A stretch of DNA of 64,000 nt from Candidatus Poribacteria bacterium (GTDB lineage Bacteria > Poribacteria > WGA-4E > B28-G17), in assembly GCA_021162805.1 (NCBI GenBank), contig JAGGXZ010000036.1:9985-73984 (forward strand), written 5' to 3'. Position numbers and translations under genes: made by a program. The notes under the pieces are model-generated. The model worked only from the letters and a program-made list of their open reading frames with translations. It ran no database searches and had not been told where the DNA came from. This document shows, piece after piece, positions 39,189 through 49,600 of this stretch (positions are counted from its first letter, which is position 1; each line of letters starts with the position of its first letter).

Positions 39189-40241
39189 TTATGTCTGAAG
39201 GGGAATTCGAACCGTGACGGTCGTTCCCTGTCCCACCTCGCTATCTATTCGGATGCTTCCTCCATACCTCTCCACGATTCCCCTGCAGATTGAAAGTCCT
39301 AACCCCGTTCCCTCCCCGACCTCCTTGGTGGTGAAGAAGGGCAGGAATATGTTCTGCAATATCTCCGGAGGTATACCGACGCCCGTGTCGATCACCTGAA
39401 AGATGATGGAGCGATCATCTTTGTCGAACCTCGTCCTTACGGTCAATACCCCTCCCTCAGGCATGGCCTGAATGGCGTTTTTGATCAGGTTCACCAGCAC
39501 GTGTTCTATGTCCTGGTGGAGTATCCTGGGCATTTCCTCGTCCAGCTCCTCGACGACCTCTATCCCTCTCCTTCGGATTTGGTCCTCGAAAAAGGATATG
39601 GTCTGGCGAACCATCTCGTTGAGATCTGCCGGTTTAAGCGTTTGAGTTTTCCCCCTGGCGAAGTAAAGGAGGCCCTTAATCGTTCTGTCCATTCTCTCCA
39701 GGGCGTCCTTGATCCGCGAGACATATTTTCGCCTGGGATCGTCCTCATACATGTCCTCAAGCAGGAACCTCACATATCTCATCGCCCCGTCCAGCGGACT
39801 GTTGAGCTCGTGGGCCAGATTGGCCGCGAGCCTTCCGATGGTGGCCATCTTCTCGGCCTGTATGGCCCTTCTCTCCGCCCGAACGGCCTCGGTGATGTCC
39901 TCCAGCAGGAGGATGATGTTATCCGGATCGGGTTTCACCAGCTTGATCTTCGCCTGTCTGGGAGTCGTCTCCTTCCCCGCCGGTTTGAAGAAGACCTCAT
40001 CATCGATCTGTCCTTCGCCTCCTTTAACCCTCTCTATAGCCTCCTCGAGCCACTTATCCCCCTCGATCTTTTTGAATATGGATATCAGGTTCTCGATCCG
40101 TTCGCCCTGTTGAACCTCGGTGCGTCCTATCATCTCGGGGAAAGTCCTGTTGAAAGATGTTATCCTGAGGTCGAGGTCCAGGATGACGATCCCGATCCCC
40201 ACCAGATCGCATATCTTGCAAGGTTGTATTCTTTCCTTCAC
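39189..40241 (-). CDS. PAS-domain sensor histidine kinase (HisKA + HATPase_c)
   Basis: H-box MATIGRLAANLAHELNSPL, N/G boxes; ORF track start (40328) overlaps dedA by 90 nt; an SD (AAGAGG) + GTG at ~40241 gives a start abutting the dedA stop. Confidence 0.85.
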   Translation of the reverse strand: MKERIQPCKICDLVGIGIVILDLDLRITSFNRTFPEMIGRTEVQQGERIENLISIFKKIEGDKWLEEAIERVKGGEGQIDDEVFFKPAGKETTPRQAKIKLVKPDPDNIILLLEDITEAVRAERRAIQAEKMATIGRLAANLAHELNSPLDGAMRYVRFLLEDMYEDDPRRKYVSRIKDALERMDRTIKGLLYFARGKTQTLKPADLNEMVRQTISFFEDQIRRRGIEVVEELDEEMPRILHQDIEHVLVNLIKNAIQAMPEGGVLTVRTRFDKDDRSIIFQVIDTGVGIPPEILQNIFLPFFTTKEVGEGTGLGLSICRGIVERYGGSIRIDSEVGQGTTVTVRIPLQT

Positions 40242-40846
40242 GGTGACCTCTTTTTGAGAAGTTTGCGGTGTATGAGTATAATAATCACCGCCAACCCCAG
40301 AGCTATAAATCCAGTCCGACCGACCCATCTTTCAACCCTTTCCCATCCTTCCTCGAAGAAGAAACCGGCGGATGCGAAGAATCCGGCCCAGCAAACAGCG
40401 CCCAACATGTCATAAAACAGAAATTTGGCGACCTTCATCTTTATCATCCCGGCCACGAAAGGGGCAAAGGCCCTCAGGAACGATGTGAACCGGCCGAAGA
40501 AGATGGTTTTGCCGCCGTGTCGTTGAAAGTACCATTTTACCTTCTCGATCTCCCTTTCGCGCAGGAAGATGAACTTACCGAACCTGAGCGCAAGCTTTAT
40601 CCCACCGTATCTGCCGATGAGATAGCCCGTGACATCCCCCATGAAAGCCCCCAGGCTGCCCCACCAGATGACATCCGGCAACCTCAGTATACCGCTTGCG
40701 GCGAAGAAACCTGCCAATATCACCGTCGTTTCGCCCGGAACGACCAGCCCGACGAAGATGGATGTCTCGAGGAACGTCATCAAAAAGATGAAACAATAGC
40801 CCCAATGTGAAAGATGGGGCGAGATCCACCCCACAAATCCATCCAT
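40238..40846 (-). CDS. DedA-family (VTT/SNARE-associated) membrane protein
   Basis: 202 aa; …FLETSIFVGLVVPGETTVILAGFFAASG… DedA signature with several TM helices. Confidence 0.8.
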   Translation of the reverse strand: MDGFVGWISPHLSHWGYCFIFLMTFLETSIFVGLVVPGETTVILAGFFAASGILRLPDVIWWGSLGAFMGDVTGYLIGRYGGIKLALRFGKFIFLREREIEKVKWYFQRHGGKTIFFGRFTSFLRAFAPFVAGMIKMKVAKFLFYDMLGAVCWAGFFASAGFFFEEGWERVERWVGRTGFIALGLAVIIILIHRKLLKKRSP

Positions 40847-40854
40847 TCGTTCAA

Positions 40855-41889
40855 TTAGATCTCCACCATGACCTTCACGGTCGAATCCGGTCTTTCGATC
40901 GGTTCCCTTAACGCCTCCTCCACCCTATCAAGTGGATATCTGGATGTGATCATCGATCTAACGTCCACATCGCCCGATGAGATCAGCTCAAGGGCACGGG
41001 GATAGATGTTAGCGTATCTATGAACGCCCTGGAGCTTCAGCTCTTTGAAGATGATCTTGACGATATTTGTCGGCACGGCCTCCTGTGATCCGAGACCGAT
41101 ATGCACGATCGTTCCACCTCTTCTGGCAATCTCGACCGCCTGTTGTGAGGTGATCCCGGCGCCCGCCGTCTCGAAGACCACATCCACGCCGCGGCCGTTC
41201 GTAAGCTCCATGATCGCCTCAACCGTGTCCTTTTCCCCCGCGTTTATCGTCTCACAAGCGCCGAGCCTTCGAGCCAAATCCAGCCTGAAAGGATAAAGGT
41301 CCACGCAGATCACCTTTCCGGCGCCCATCGCCCTCGCGGACTGAAGCGCCATCAGGCCTATAGGTCCCGAGCCCAGAATGGCGATCTCATCGCCCGGCCT
41401 CACGCCTCCCAGGATCGCCCCGTGGAGCCCCACCGATAGGGGTTCGAGCATCGCTCCCTCCTCCAATGAGACGTTATCGGGCAACTTATAGCAGAAATCG
41501 GCTGGATGGACGACATACTCCGCGAAAACCCCATCGACCGGCGGGGCGGCGAAAAAGCGAACGTCGGGACAGAGGTTGTATCTTCCGGATTTGCAGAACT
41601 CACACTTTCTACAAGGAATGCCGGGCTCAAGCGCGACTTTATCGCCGGGTTTGAGGTTTTTAACGCCTTTACCGACCTCCTCTACCACGCCCGCGCTCTC
41701 ATGTCCCAGGATCAGCGGCCTTTCGACGACGAAATCGCCTATCCTGCCGTGGGTGTAGAAATGCACATCCGAGCCGCATACCCCGACTGCTTTAATCCTG
41801 ACCAGGACGTCGTCCTCCCTCTCTATCTTCGGATCGGGAAGCTCCTCTATCCTCAGGTCCCTTATGCCGTGAAGAACGGCGGCCTTCAT
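40855..41889 (-). CDS. zinc-dependent alcohol dehydrogenase (MDR superfamily; sorbitol/threonine dehydrogenase-like)
   Basis: GVCGSDVH, GHESAG, structural-Zn Cys cluster (CRKCEFCKSGRYNLC), GSGPIGL Rossmann motif. Confidence 0.9.
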   Translation of the reverse strand: MKAAVLHGIRDLRIEELPDPKIEREDDVLVRIKAVGVCGSDVHFYTHGRIGDFVVERPLILGHESAGVVEEVGKGVKNLKPGDKVALEPGIPCRKCEFCKSGRYNLCPDVRFFAAPPVDGVFAEYVVHPADFCYKLPDNVSLEEGAMLEPLSVGLHGAILGGVRPGDEIAILGSGPIGLMALQSARAMGAGKVICVDLYPFRLDLARRLGACETINAGEKDTVEAIMELTNGRGVDVVFETAGAGITSQQAVEIARRGGTIVHIGLGSQEAVPTNIVKIIFKELKLQGVHRYANIYPRALELISSGDVDVRSMITSRYPLDRVEEALREPIERPDSTVKVMVEI

Positions 41890-42079
41890 CGAAAAACCTC
41901 CTTATCGAAGATCAACGAGGTAACACGGGGCATACACATAGTATAAAACGGCTTTGGAAATATGTCAATTGGAAGTCCCGCTAAATCCCTGAGAAGCTCT
42001 GTTGACATCCCCGATCAATTGTCGTATCATGAGCATTGAGGCAGCCTATGGCACCTTTGTTCCTTAGAGAGGTGATAGT

Positions 42080-43519
42080 GTGAAACCGAACATATTGTGG
42101 ATTTGCAGTGATCAACAACGGTTCGATACGCTAGGGTGTTACGGCAACCCGTTCGTGCATACGCCGAACCTGGACCGTCTGGCGAAGAGAGGTGTCCTTT
42201 TTGAGTTCTGTTTCAGCCAAAGCCCCGTGTGTACGCCGAGCCGGGCCAGTTTCCTGACGGGACGTTATCCGCGCACGACACGGGCCCGCCAGAACGGTCA
42301 GGCCATCCCGGAAGACGAGGTGCTCATCACGCGCCTTTTAGCCGAGGCAGGCTACAACTGTGGCCTATCGGGCAAACTACATCTCTCTCCATGTAATCCT
42401 CGAGCCTGTCCGGCGATGGAACGCCGCATTAACGACGGCTATGCCGAGTTCCACTGGTCACATCATCCTCCTCCCGACTGGCCGACCAACGAATATATCC
42501 ATTGGATTCGCGAGAGGGGCGTGCGTTACGAGACCCCGCCGTTTCAAGGGTCGAGGTATGTTCGCGTCGGGATGCCGGCCGAACATCATCAGACGACATG
42601 GTGTGCCCAGAAGGCGATCAACTTCATCGAAGCACATGCCTCGGTGAAACGACCATGGCTGTTTTCCATTAACTTCTTCGACCCTCACAACGCCTTCGAT
42701 CCGCCGATGGAATATCTGGAGCGATATCTGGAGCGGCTCAAGGAGGTACCGCTGCCGAACTACGTTCCGGGCGAGACGGAGAACAAACCCCGTTTTCAAC
42801 ATCGTGAGCATTGGCGGGCCTACTCCCAGGGCTGGCCCCGACCCTACGAGGAGATGACCGAGGAAGACCATAAGCTGATCCGCGCCGCATATTGGGCGAT
42901 GGTAGATCTGATCGATGTCCAGGTCGGACGCATGCTGGAGGCCCTGGAACGTACGGGGCAGTTGGAGAACACCATCGTCATCTTTACGTCCGATCACGGG
43001 GAGATGCTGGGCGATCACGGTATCTACCTCAAGGGGCCGTATTTCTATGAGCCCGCCGTTCGCGTGCCGCTGATCGTCTCATGGCCAGGCGTCATCGATG
43101 AGGGACGCCGCAGCGAAGCGCTGGTGGAGCTGATGGACCTAGCGCCGACGTTATTGGAGGCAGTAGGGTTGGAAATACCCCCTGGCATGCAGGCGAAATC
43201 GTTATGGCCCCTGGTGACCGGAAAATCGGATCTAAGCCATCACAGGGAGGATGTATACTGCGAATACTACAACGCTATGATCAGTCGTGAGGACCCGCCG
43301 GCCTACGCCACGATGGTGCGTACGCGGCGTTATAAGCTGGTGGTCGTGCACGGCTCGAATGAGGGTGAGCTTTATGACCTGGGGAAAGACCCAAACGAAA
43401 CGCATAACCGTTGGGATGATCCGGACTATCAGCCGGTGAAGATAGATATGCTAAAACGGCTATGCGATCGGATGGCCTGGACGATGGACCCCCTACCTGA
43501 ACGACAGGCAGAATGGTAA
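42080..43519 (+). CDS. formylglycine-dependent sulfatase (arylsulfatase family), apparently cytoplasmic (no signal peptide)
   Basis: CTPSRASFLTGRYP sulfatase signature (C-x-P-S-R); 479 aa. Confidence 0.9.
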   Translation: MKPNILWICSDQQRFDTLGCYGNPFVHTPNLDRLAKRGVLFEFCFSQSPVCTPSRASFLTGRYPRTTRARQNGQAIPEDEVLITRLLAEAGYNCGLSGKLHLSPCNPRACPAMERRINDGYAEFHWSHHPPPDWPTNEYIHWIRERGVRYETPPFQGSRYVRVGMPAEHHQTTWCAQKAINFIEAHASVKRPWLFSINFFDPHNAFDPPMEYLERYLERLKEVPLPNYVPGETENKPRFQHREHWRAYSQGWPRPYEEMTEEDHKLIRAAYWAMVDLIDVQVGRMLEALERTGQLENTIVIFTSDHGEMLGDHGIYLKGPYFYEPAVRVPLIVSWPGVIDEGRRSEALVELMDLAPTLLEAVGLEIPPGMQAKSLWPLVTGKSDLSHHREDVYCEYYNAMISREDPPAYATMVRTRRYKLVVVHGSNEGELYDLGKDPNETHNRWDDPDYQPVKIDMLKRLCDRMAWTMDPLPERQAEW

Positions 43520-43562
43520 TGAGCGATACTTACTGAAAATATAGCCCGCCGGCACCTGGTAG

Positions 43563-43607
43563 TAGTAGGGGTGAGACATTCGAGGAGAATGCCTCGCCCC
43601 TACTACT
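43563..43607 (+). terminator. long terminator-like hairpin after sulfatase gene
   Basis: GTAGTAGGGGTGAGACATTC-gagga-GAATGCCTCGCCCCTACTAC: 20-bp stem (1 mismatch, 1 G-U), followed by ttatccccctttacttt (weak T tract). Confidence 0.45.
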
Positions 43608-43676
43608 TATCCCCCTTTACTTTCGCCTCGAAAAGGTTTATAATAAATAACGCTCAGCGGAATATCCCCTAGAGAG

Positions 43677-44273
43677 ATGATCTATTCTAGTACGGTTAAT
43701 CAGATCTACAGGATCGAGGGTAGGAAGGGGTATACCAAGGGTGAAGTGGACGAGGCGATCGAACTTTTAGATTTAAGGGGGTATATCAAAAGGGATAGCG
43801 GGATGATCCTCGAGAAGGTGCAGAAGTTAGATGTTGAAACCCTAAGGCTTAAGCTTTACGGTATCCGTGAAGGTCTAACGAGTTTATGTAACTTATTTCC
43901 GAACGAAAACGGCTTAAACGATCTACAGGTCATGCTTCAGGAGGCTGAAGCTTATATCGAAAAAGGAGATGAGGAATCCCTAGATTCCGCCGATAGACGA
44001 TTGGATAATTGTCTCAGTTCGATTAATACCTTCGTGAAGATCAAATCTGAGGACTTGATGAGAGATTTAGGAGAGATAAGGCGTAATTTGGAGAGGTTAA
44101 CCCGCGATGAGCTCTCACGCGATCTGAAGGAAATCAGCGGCAATGTCCAGTTCGCCACTAGAATAGACGATTACCGTCAGAAACTCATCAAACATCGTGA
44201 TCTCCTGAGAGGTAACGCTCAATCATTGATAGGTGAGGTGGACGCCCTGATCAGCAAATTCGGCTTTGTCTAA
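43677..44273 (+). CDS. orphan alpha-helical/coiled-coil hypothetical protein in an AT-richer island
   Basis: 198 aa; noticeably lower GC and different codon usage than flanks; in-frame TAA followed by 58 further sense codons that continue an internal repeat. Confidence 0.5.
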   Translation: MIYSSTVNQIYRIEGRKGYTKGEVDEAIELLDLRGYIKRDSGMILEKVQKLDVETLRLKLYGIREGLTSLCNLFPNENGLNDLQVMLQEAEAYIEKGDEESLDSADRRLDNCLSSINTFVKIKSEDLMRDLGEIRRNLERLTRDELSRDLKEISGNVQFATRIDDYRQKLIKHRDLLRGNAQSLIGEVDALISKFGFV

Positions 44274-44516
44274 CCAAATGTTGAAACCTTGGTAAGATTT
44301 CAGGAGGAGTTCGCAGGGTTAAATCGCGAGTTCGGTGATCTCAAGAAAGAAATAAGCTCCTGGACCGATCAGGCATCGCATGATGAAAAGGAAACGGTGG
44401 GTATAGTCCAGGTCCGTCCCCGCCGTAGCAAGCATGGCGGGGCTGAGGTATAGAATACCTTCTATTGAGCGTACAGTGCTGGAGTCAACCCGCGGACGGT
44501 CGATCGGGAGGATGAG

Positions 44517-45041
44517 ATGAAGAGGTTCTATCGGACGTTTGAGACGGATTGGGGATGGTGCGGCGTGGTTGGAACCTGCAGAGGATTATACGCCTTTCTG
44601 TTGCCGGTTTTCTCCCCCGAGGAGGCCGAGTCGAACCTGATAAGGTTCATCCACCGGGGGGATGAGAGAGTTCAAAGTGGATTCGATGATGTGGTGGATT
44701 CCGTGTGTCGCTATTTTCGCGGGGAGAGAATCGATTTCAACTTCCCGCTTGATATGAGCTTTGGAACGCCTTTTATGCAAAGGGTATGGGAAACGACGAG
44801 GCTGATCCCCTATGGCGAGACGAGGTCATACGCCTGGGTGGCCCGGATGGCGGGCTCTCCCAGGGCGTTCAGGGCTGTGGGGATGGCGCTGGCGAGAAAC
44901 CCTTTACCCCTTTTCGTGCCGTGCCACAGGGTGATCGGTTCAGACGGATCGTTGAAGGGATTCTCAGCCCCTGGTGGGGTGAAGCTTAAGATGAAACTGC
45001 TTGAGCATGAGGGGATCAGACGGCCGAAGCCGACCGTCTGA
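44517..45041 (+). CDS. ogt: methylated-DNA--protein-cysteine methyltransferase (Ogt/MGMT)
   Basis: 174 aa; PCHRVIGSDGSL active-site motif. Confidence 0.85.
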   Translation: MKRFYRTFETDWGWCGVVGTCRGLYAFLLPVFSPEEAESNLIRFIHRGDERVQSGFDDVVDSVCRYFRGERIDFNFPLDMSFGTPFMQRVWETTRLIPYGETRSYAWVARMAGSPRAFRAVGMALARNPLPLFVPCHRVIGSDGSLKGFSAPGGVKLKMKLLEHEGIRRPKPTV

Positions 45042-45055
45042 TCCCCGAAACGGCG

Positions 45056-45802
45056 TTATTTGCCCATCTTTTTCAGGTTCTCCAGACAGCGTCTGACGCT
45101 TTCGAGCGGCGGTTGACCGGGCGTCTCATACTCGACGATATACCACTCCGTTTTACCCGTGCTCTCGCAGATCTGGAAGATCTTATCCCATTTGACATCG
45201 CCTTCCCCGATCGCAGGGGCGGTGAAGGGATACTCCTTGAGATGGATGGTGGCGGCTCGATCGGCGTATTTCCTGAGGAACTGAATAGGATCTGCTCCGC
45301 CGTGCATGGCGTTGCCTATATCGAGCTGCATGACCACATCCTTATTGGCCGCACCGAAGAATATATCCCAGGGTATCTCCCCCTCTATCGGCTGAAACTC
45401 CACGGCATGGTTGTGATATCCGACCCGCATCCCATGGGGTTTTACCTTCTCGGATATCTCATTCATTATCTCCGCCGTTCTGAGCCAGGCCGCCTTAGAA
45501 TTCCTGTACTCCTCGGGAAGGCCCGGGACGATGAGGAACTTATTGCCCAGGATAGAGTTGAACTCCACGGTCTTCTGGAGCTCATCGCCAAGCAGGGTGT
45601 TGATCCCTATGTGTGTTCCGGCCACCTTCAAGCCGAAATCGTCCAGGATCTTCCTCAGCTCCTTTGCATCCCTGCCATAGTAGCCGGCAAACTCAACTCC
45701 CTCATATCCCATCTCGGCGACGGCTTTGATCGTGCCGACTAGATCTTTGGCACACTCCTCCCTGACGGAGTAAAGCTGTAGAGCTATCGGTATCCTTGCC
45801 AT
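45056..45802 (-). CDS. sugar phosphate isomerase/epimerase (xylose-isomerase-like TIM barrel)
   Basis: Start likely MARIPIALQLYSV (ORF track extends to 45844); conserved …GYEGVEF…, HNHAVEF, …HLKEYP blocks. Confidence 0.8.
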   Translation of the reverse strand: MARIPIALQLYSVREECAKDLVGTIKAVAEMGYEGVEFAGYYGRDAKELRKILDDFGLKVAGTHIGINTLLGDELQKTVEFNSILGNKFLIVPGLPEEYRNSKAAWLRTAEIMNEISEKVKPHGMRVGYHNHAVEFQPIEGEIPWDIFFGAANKDVVMQLDIGNAMHGGADPIQFLRKYADRAATIHLKEYPFTAPAIGEGDVKWDKIFQICESTGKTEWYIVEYETPGQPPLESVRRCLENLKKMGK

Positions 45803-45822
45803 CTCAAACCTCCTTGAACGAC

Positions 45823-46566
45823 TTACCCCTTTATCCTGGCCCATATGCTGGCCAATTTCCCCCGCGGATCGACAGGGGTTTTGAAGGGACTGGTATTGTC
45901 CCTGAAGTAATCGAACTGGATCAGCAATTTGCCGTTACCCCTATCAACGCCTCCAAACAGTCCTATCTCCATCGGAAGCGAATCGAAACAGGTGGTGGTG
46001 CCTATCTTCGTCCAGTCATCGCCCTCCTTTTCCTTGAAATATCCGGTGACTTTATCCCCTTCCCTTTTGAGCCTCAAAAAGAGGTCGGCCTTTCCGCCAG
46101 AAGGGGCGTATCCCGCCACCTTGCCGGTAAGCCCATCTCCGTTTTCGGTGCATTTCTTCTGAAACTGGAGCTGAGCCGTTTTGTTCCCATGCATCCACAA
46201 CTTCAGCATTATCCAATTGTCTTCCGACGGGAATTTGACCACCAGTCCAGCTATATCCGAATCATTGTTGCCCCACTCACAGTAAAGTCTGGTTTCCACG
46301 TCGAAATCCTCCTTCTCCTCGACCGTCTGATAGAGCCTCGTAGTCTGGTCTGAGCACCAGAGGTTGGAATTGAACTCGCCGATCCAGGTAAGCCAACCCG
46401 CCTTGGTTTTATTGACGTCCCACGTCTTGGGCTCCTTGGCCCACTGCCAATGGGGGTTAATGCTGGCCCCATTGAAATCATCCGGATAGAGTTTCGCCCC
46501 CCAGGCAAACGAAGCCGCCAGTATCAGGATCGAGGCGGCCACGATCGGGTATCTCATTCCGATCAC
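45823..46566 (-). CDS. secreted concanavalin-A-like lectin/glucanase-fold protein (DUF1349-like)
   Basis: 247 aa with signal peptide MIGMRYPIVAASILILAASFAWG; Trp-rich beta-sandwich-like sequence; family guess only. Confidence 0.4.
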   Translation of the reverse strand: MIGMRYPIVAASILILAASFAWGAKLYPDDFNGASINPHWQWAKEPKTWDVNKTKAGWLTWIGEFNSNLWCSDQTTRLYQTVEEKEDFDVETRLYCEWGNNDSDIAGLVVKFPSEDNWIMLKLWMHGNKTAQLQFQKKCTENGDGLTGKVAGYAPSGGKADLFLRLKREGDKVTGYFKEKEGDDWTKIGTTTCFDSLPMEIGLFGGVDRGNGKLLIQFDYFRDNTSPFKTPVDPRGKLASIWARIKG

Positions 46567-46672
46567 CTCCGTTTAATCGATTTCGAGGTCCGCCATATAA
46601 TTTATCCGATGTCCAAACCGATGTCAAGCATTGCTCTGAGGATAAAAGGGGGGAATAAAATCTAAAGCGCTT

Positions 46673-49600
46673 TCAGCGTTGTATTATCATGCGTCTGATA
46701 GCGCTGTATTGCGGCGTGACCAACTGATAGAAGTAGATCCCGCTGGCCACCCTCTCACCCAGTTCATTCCTGCCATCCCATCGTATCTGATGTCTACCGG
46801 AGGTGAGAGGACCTAAGTTTAGCCTTCTGATCAACTTGCCTGTAACGTCATATATTCTGATTTCCGCCCGGCAATCTTCGGCGAGATGAAACGGTATCCA
46901 TGTCTCGGGGTTAAACGGATTGGGGGAATTCTGATAGAGTTCCCACCTTTTAGTCCTTGTCATATCCTTTGGCGCTCCCATCGGCTGATGTTCTCCTTCC
47001 GTCCCGATCTGTTTGGCCAGAATTACCAGATCCAATACGTTTATTTCACCATCTCCGTTCAGATCGTAATCCAGGTTTTCCCCTTTCTCGCCGAAATGCT
47101 TCGCCAATACCACCACATCGAATACGTTCACCTCTCCATCTCCGTTCAGATCTGCATTCACAACGGTTTCCTTGACGGTTAGATTCAAGAAGGCATGGGC
47201 TTTGGCCTCTTTCGAATCGATTGCCGTAAAGGTGATCGTGTAGAGGCCAACCTGATCCTCAGTTGGAGTCCATTTGAAGATATGATCCTTGCCGAATGAA
47301 GCTCCTTTGGGAAGCGGATGTACCTTTACCCTTACCTCATCTCCATCCGGATCGCTCACATCCACCGTCAGGTTGATTTCCTCTCCTACCTTCACCTCCA
47401 TCTTCTCCGGCATATCGCCGAACTGAGGGGGGCAGTTAACATCAGCCACGGAGATATTGATTTTTCTCTGAGAGGAATTTCCCTCAGAGTCGGTGGCTAC
47501 AAATGTGACAGTATACTCTCCGGACTGGTTATAAGAAGGCGTCCAGTCGAAAATCCCGTCGGTGAAAGTCGCCCCCTGAGGCAATCCCACTGCTGAAAGC
47601 GATACATCCTCGCCGTCAGGTTCGGTTGCGCCTATCTGAAGCTGTATCCGCTCGCCCTCCGAGATAAGCAAAGTCGCTCCATCGGGCTGGCTCATCTGGA
47701 TGACCGGAGGGCGATCTACGTTTTCGACTACGATCCTCACCTCGGCCTCATCCTTCTCCTTGCCGTCGGATGCTATGAATTTCACCTTATATTCCCCCGC
47801 CTGATCGTAATCAGGCGTCCAGATCATCGTGTTACCCTGAAATTCCGCCCCTTTCGGCAGGTTTTCAGCCTTATATGAGATTGGATCGCCATCGGGATCG
47901 GAGGCTTCAACAGCGAGGCTGAGAGTCTGGCCTTCCTTCACGGATTGATCCGGGATCGCCTTGATCTTCGGCGGATGATTGACATCGGCCACAACCACCT
48001 TGAAGTTCGTCTCCGCCGAGCCACCTTTGGAATCGGTGACGGTAACCGTTAGATCGTAAGTGCCTGAATCGTGAGGCCCTGGCGTCCAAGTGATCTCATT
48101 TTTCTGTCGATCGATCTGCATTCCTTCGAGCTGTGGCTGGATTGATATCTTCAGCGGATCTCCGTCCGGATCGGATGCTTTCAGATCCACCTTGAGCTCC
48201 TCGCCCTCTTTTATCTGAATGTCTTGTATCTTGCCTATCTGAGGTGGTCGATTCACGTCCTGCACGGTGAGATCAAGTTTCGTTCGGGATTTATTTCCCA
48301 TAGAGTCGGATGCCGTAAGGATCACAGTGTAGTGACCCGCCTGAGCATATGAAGGTCTCCATCTGAAAAGCGCCGGTTTAGTCGGGTTGGCCCCGGCGGA
48401 GAAATCGGCTCCGTCGGGGAGCTCTGATGCCGAATAGTGAACAGGATCTCCGTCTGGGTCGGAAGCTTTGATCTCCACCTGGATGAGCTCACCTTCTTTC
48501 AGTGAGATCGGCTGGATAGGATCGAAGACGGGGGGAGCGTTGATATATTCATTGAACTTCACCCTCACACCTGGAATATCCGGTGACGAGGCGGTCACAA
48601 CGAGATCAGTCATCCCGTTTTCGATCTCACCGAGCTTCAGATTGACCGCCGCCTTTCCATCGCTATCCGTCAACACATCGGCTAACTTCACCCCGACCAT
48701 ATCGCCGGAACTCAGTTCGAGCAGCAACTCACCGTTTCCTTTTTCGATGGAGAAGGTCACGATTCTATCTGGAACAGGGTTGTTATAGGCATCGAGAAGA
48801 AGCACGGTAAGGGGCTCGATAAGGATCGATCCTGAGACCCCTTTCTGTTCATCACCTTTCAGCTTATAGATATATTTGGGTTTATCCGCCTCAGCGCTGA
48901 AACGGAAGTTGACCGGGGATGCGTCATAACCGATAGCTGTAGCTGAGACCACATAGTTGTCCTCGCCCGATGTGGTTCCAAGTTTCAACGAGGCTGAGGT
49001 ATATCCTGACGGATCAGTTATAGCAGTGAATCCCTTTCGGCCGTTTTCAAACGACGCGTTACCTTTCTCGACCTTGAAATTGATCTCGGCTTGCGGGATC
49101 GGGTTTCCCATCTTGTCCGTCAATCTAACCGTGATCGGCCTGGCTAGAGGCTGACCGACTGTTCCGATCTGCATATCACCTGAGATCTTGATAAGCTTTG
49201 CCTCTCCGGCAGGCAGCCCGTTGGCGGTGAACTCAACCGATTCGCCAGGGTTATCCGTTAATTTAGCGATAACCTTATGTTTGCCTTCCCCTGCCTCGGG
49301 GCCGAGGATGAAGACAACGGAAGCGATACCTCTATCATCTGTCTTAACGGTTAAGCTCTTACGTGGTGAATCGCTCGAGCCTACCTCCTTTACCCCTCCG
49401 TTTCCCTCCGTCACTTCAAATGTAACCTGGGCTTCAGGAACGGGGTTTGAGAACTGATCATATATTCTCACCGATAGGGGGATATCCAACTCCTCGCCGA
49501 CCACTCCGCTCTGGCCGTTACCGTCCAACATCTCGATTCTCTTCGGATCGCCTGGTTGGCCAGAGATCTTGAAGTAGACCGGCGGGGCACTGAAGTCGAC

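Noticed and set aside
39190-39215. GGTTCGAATTCC T-loop-like motif suggestive of a tRNA
   Set aside because: No pairing T-stem, acceptor stem or anticodon arm can be built; lies inside the histidine-kinase coding sequence.
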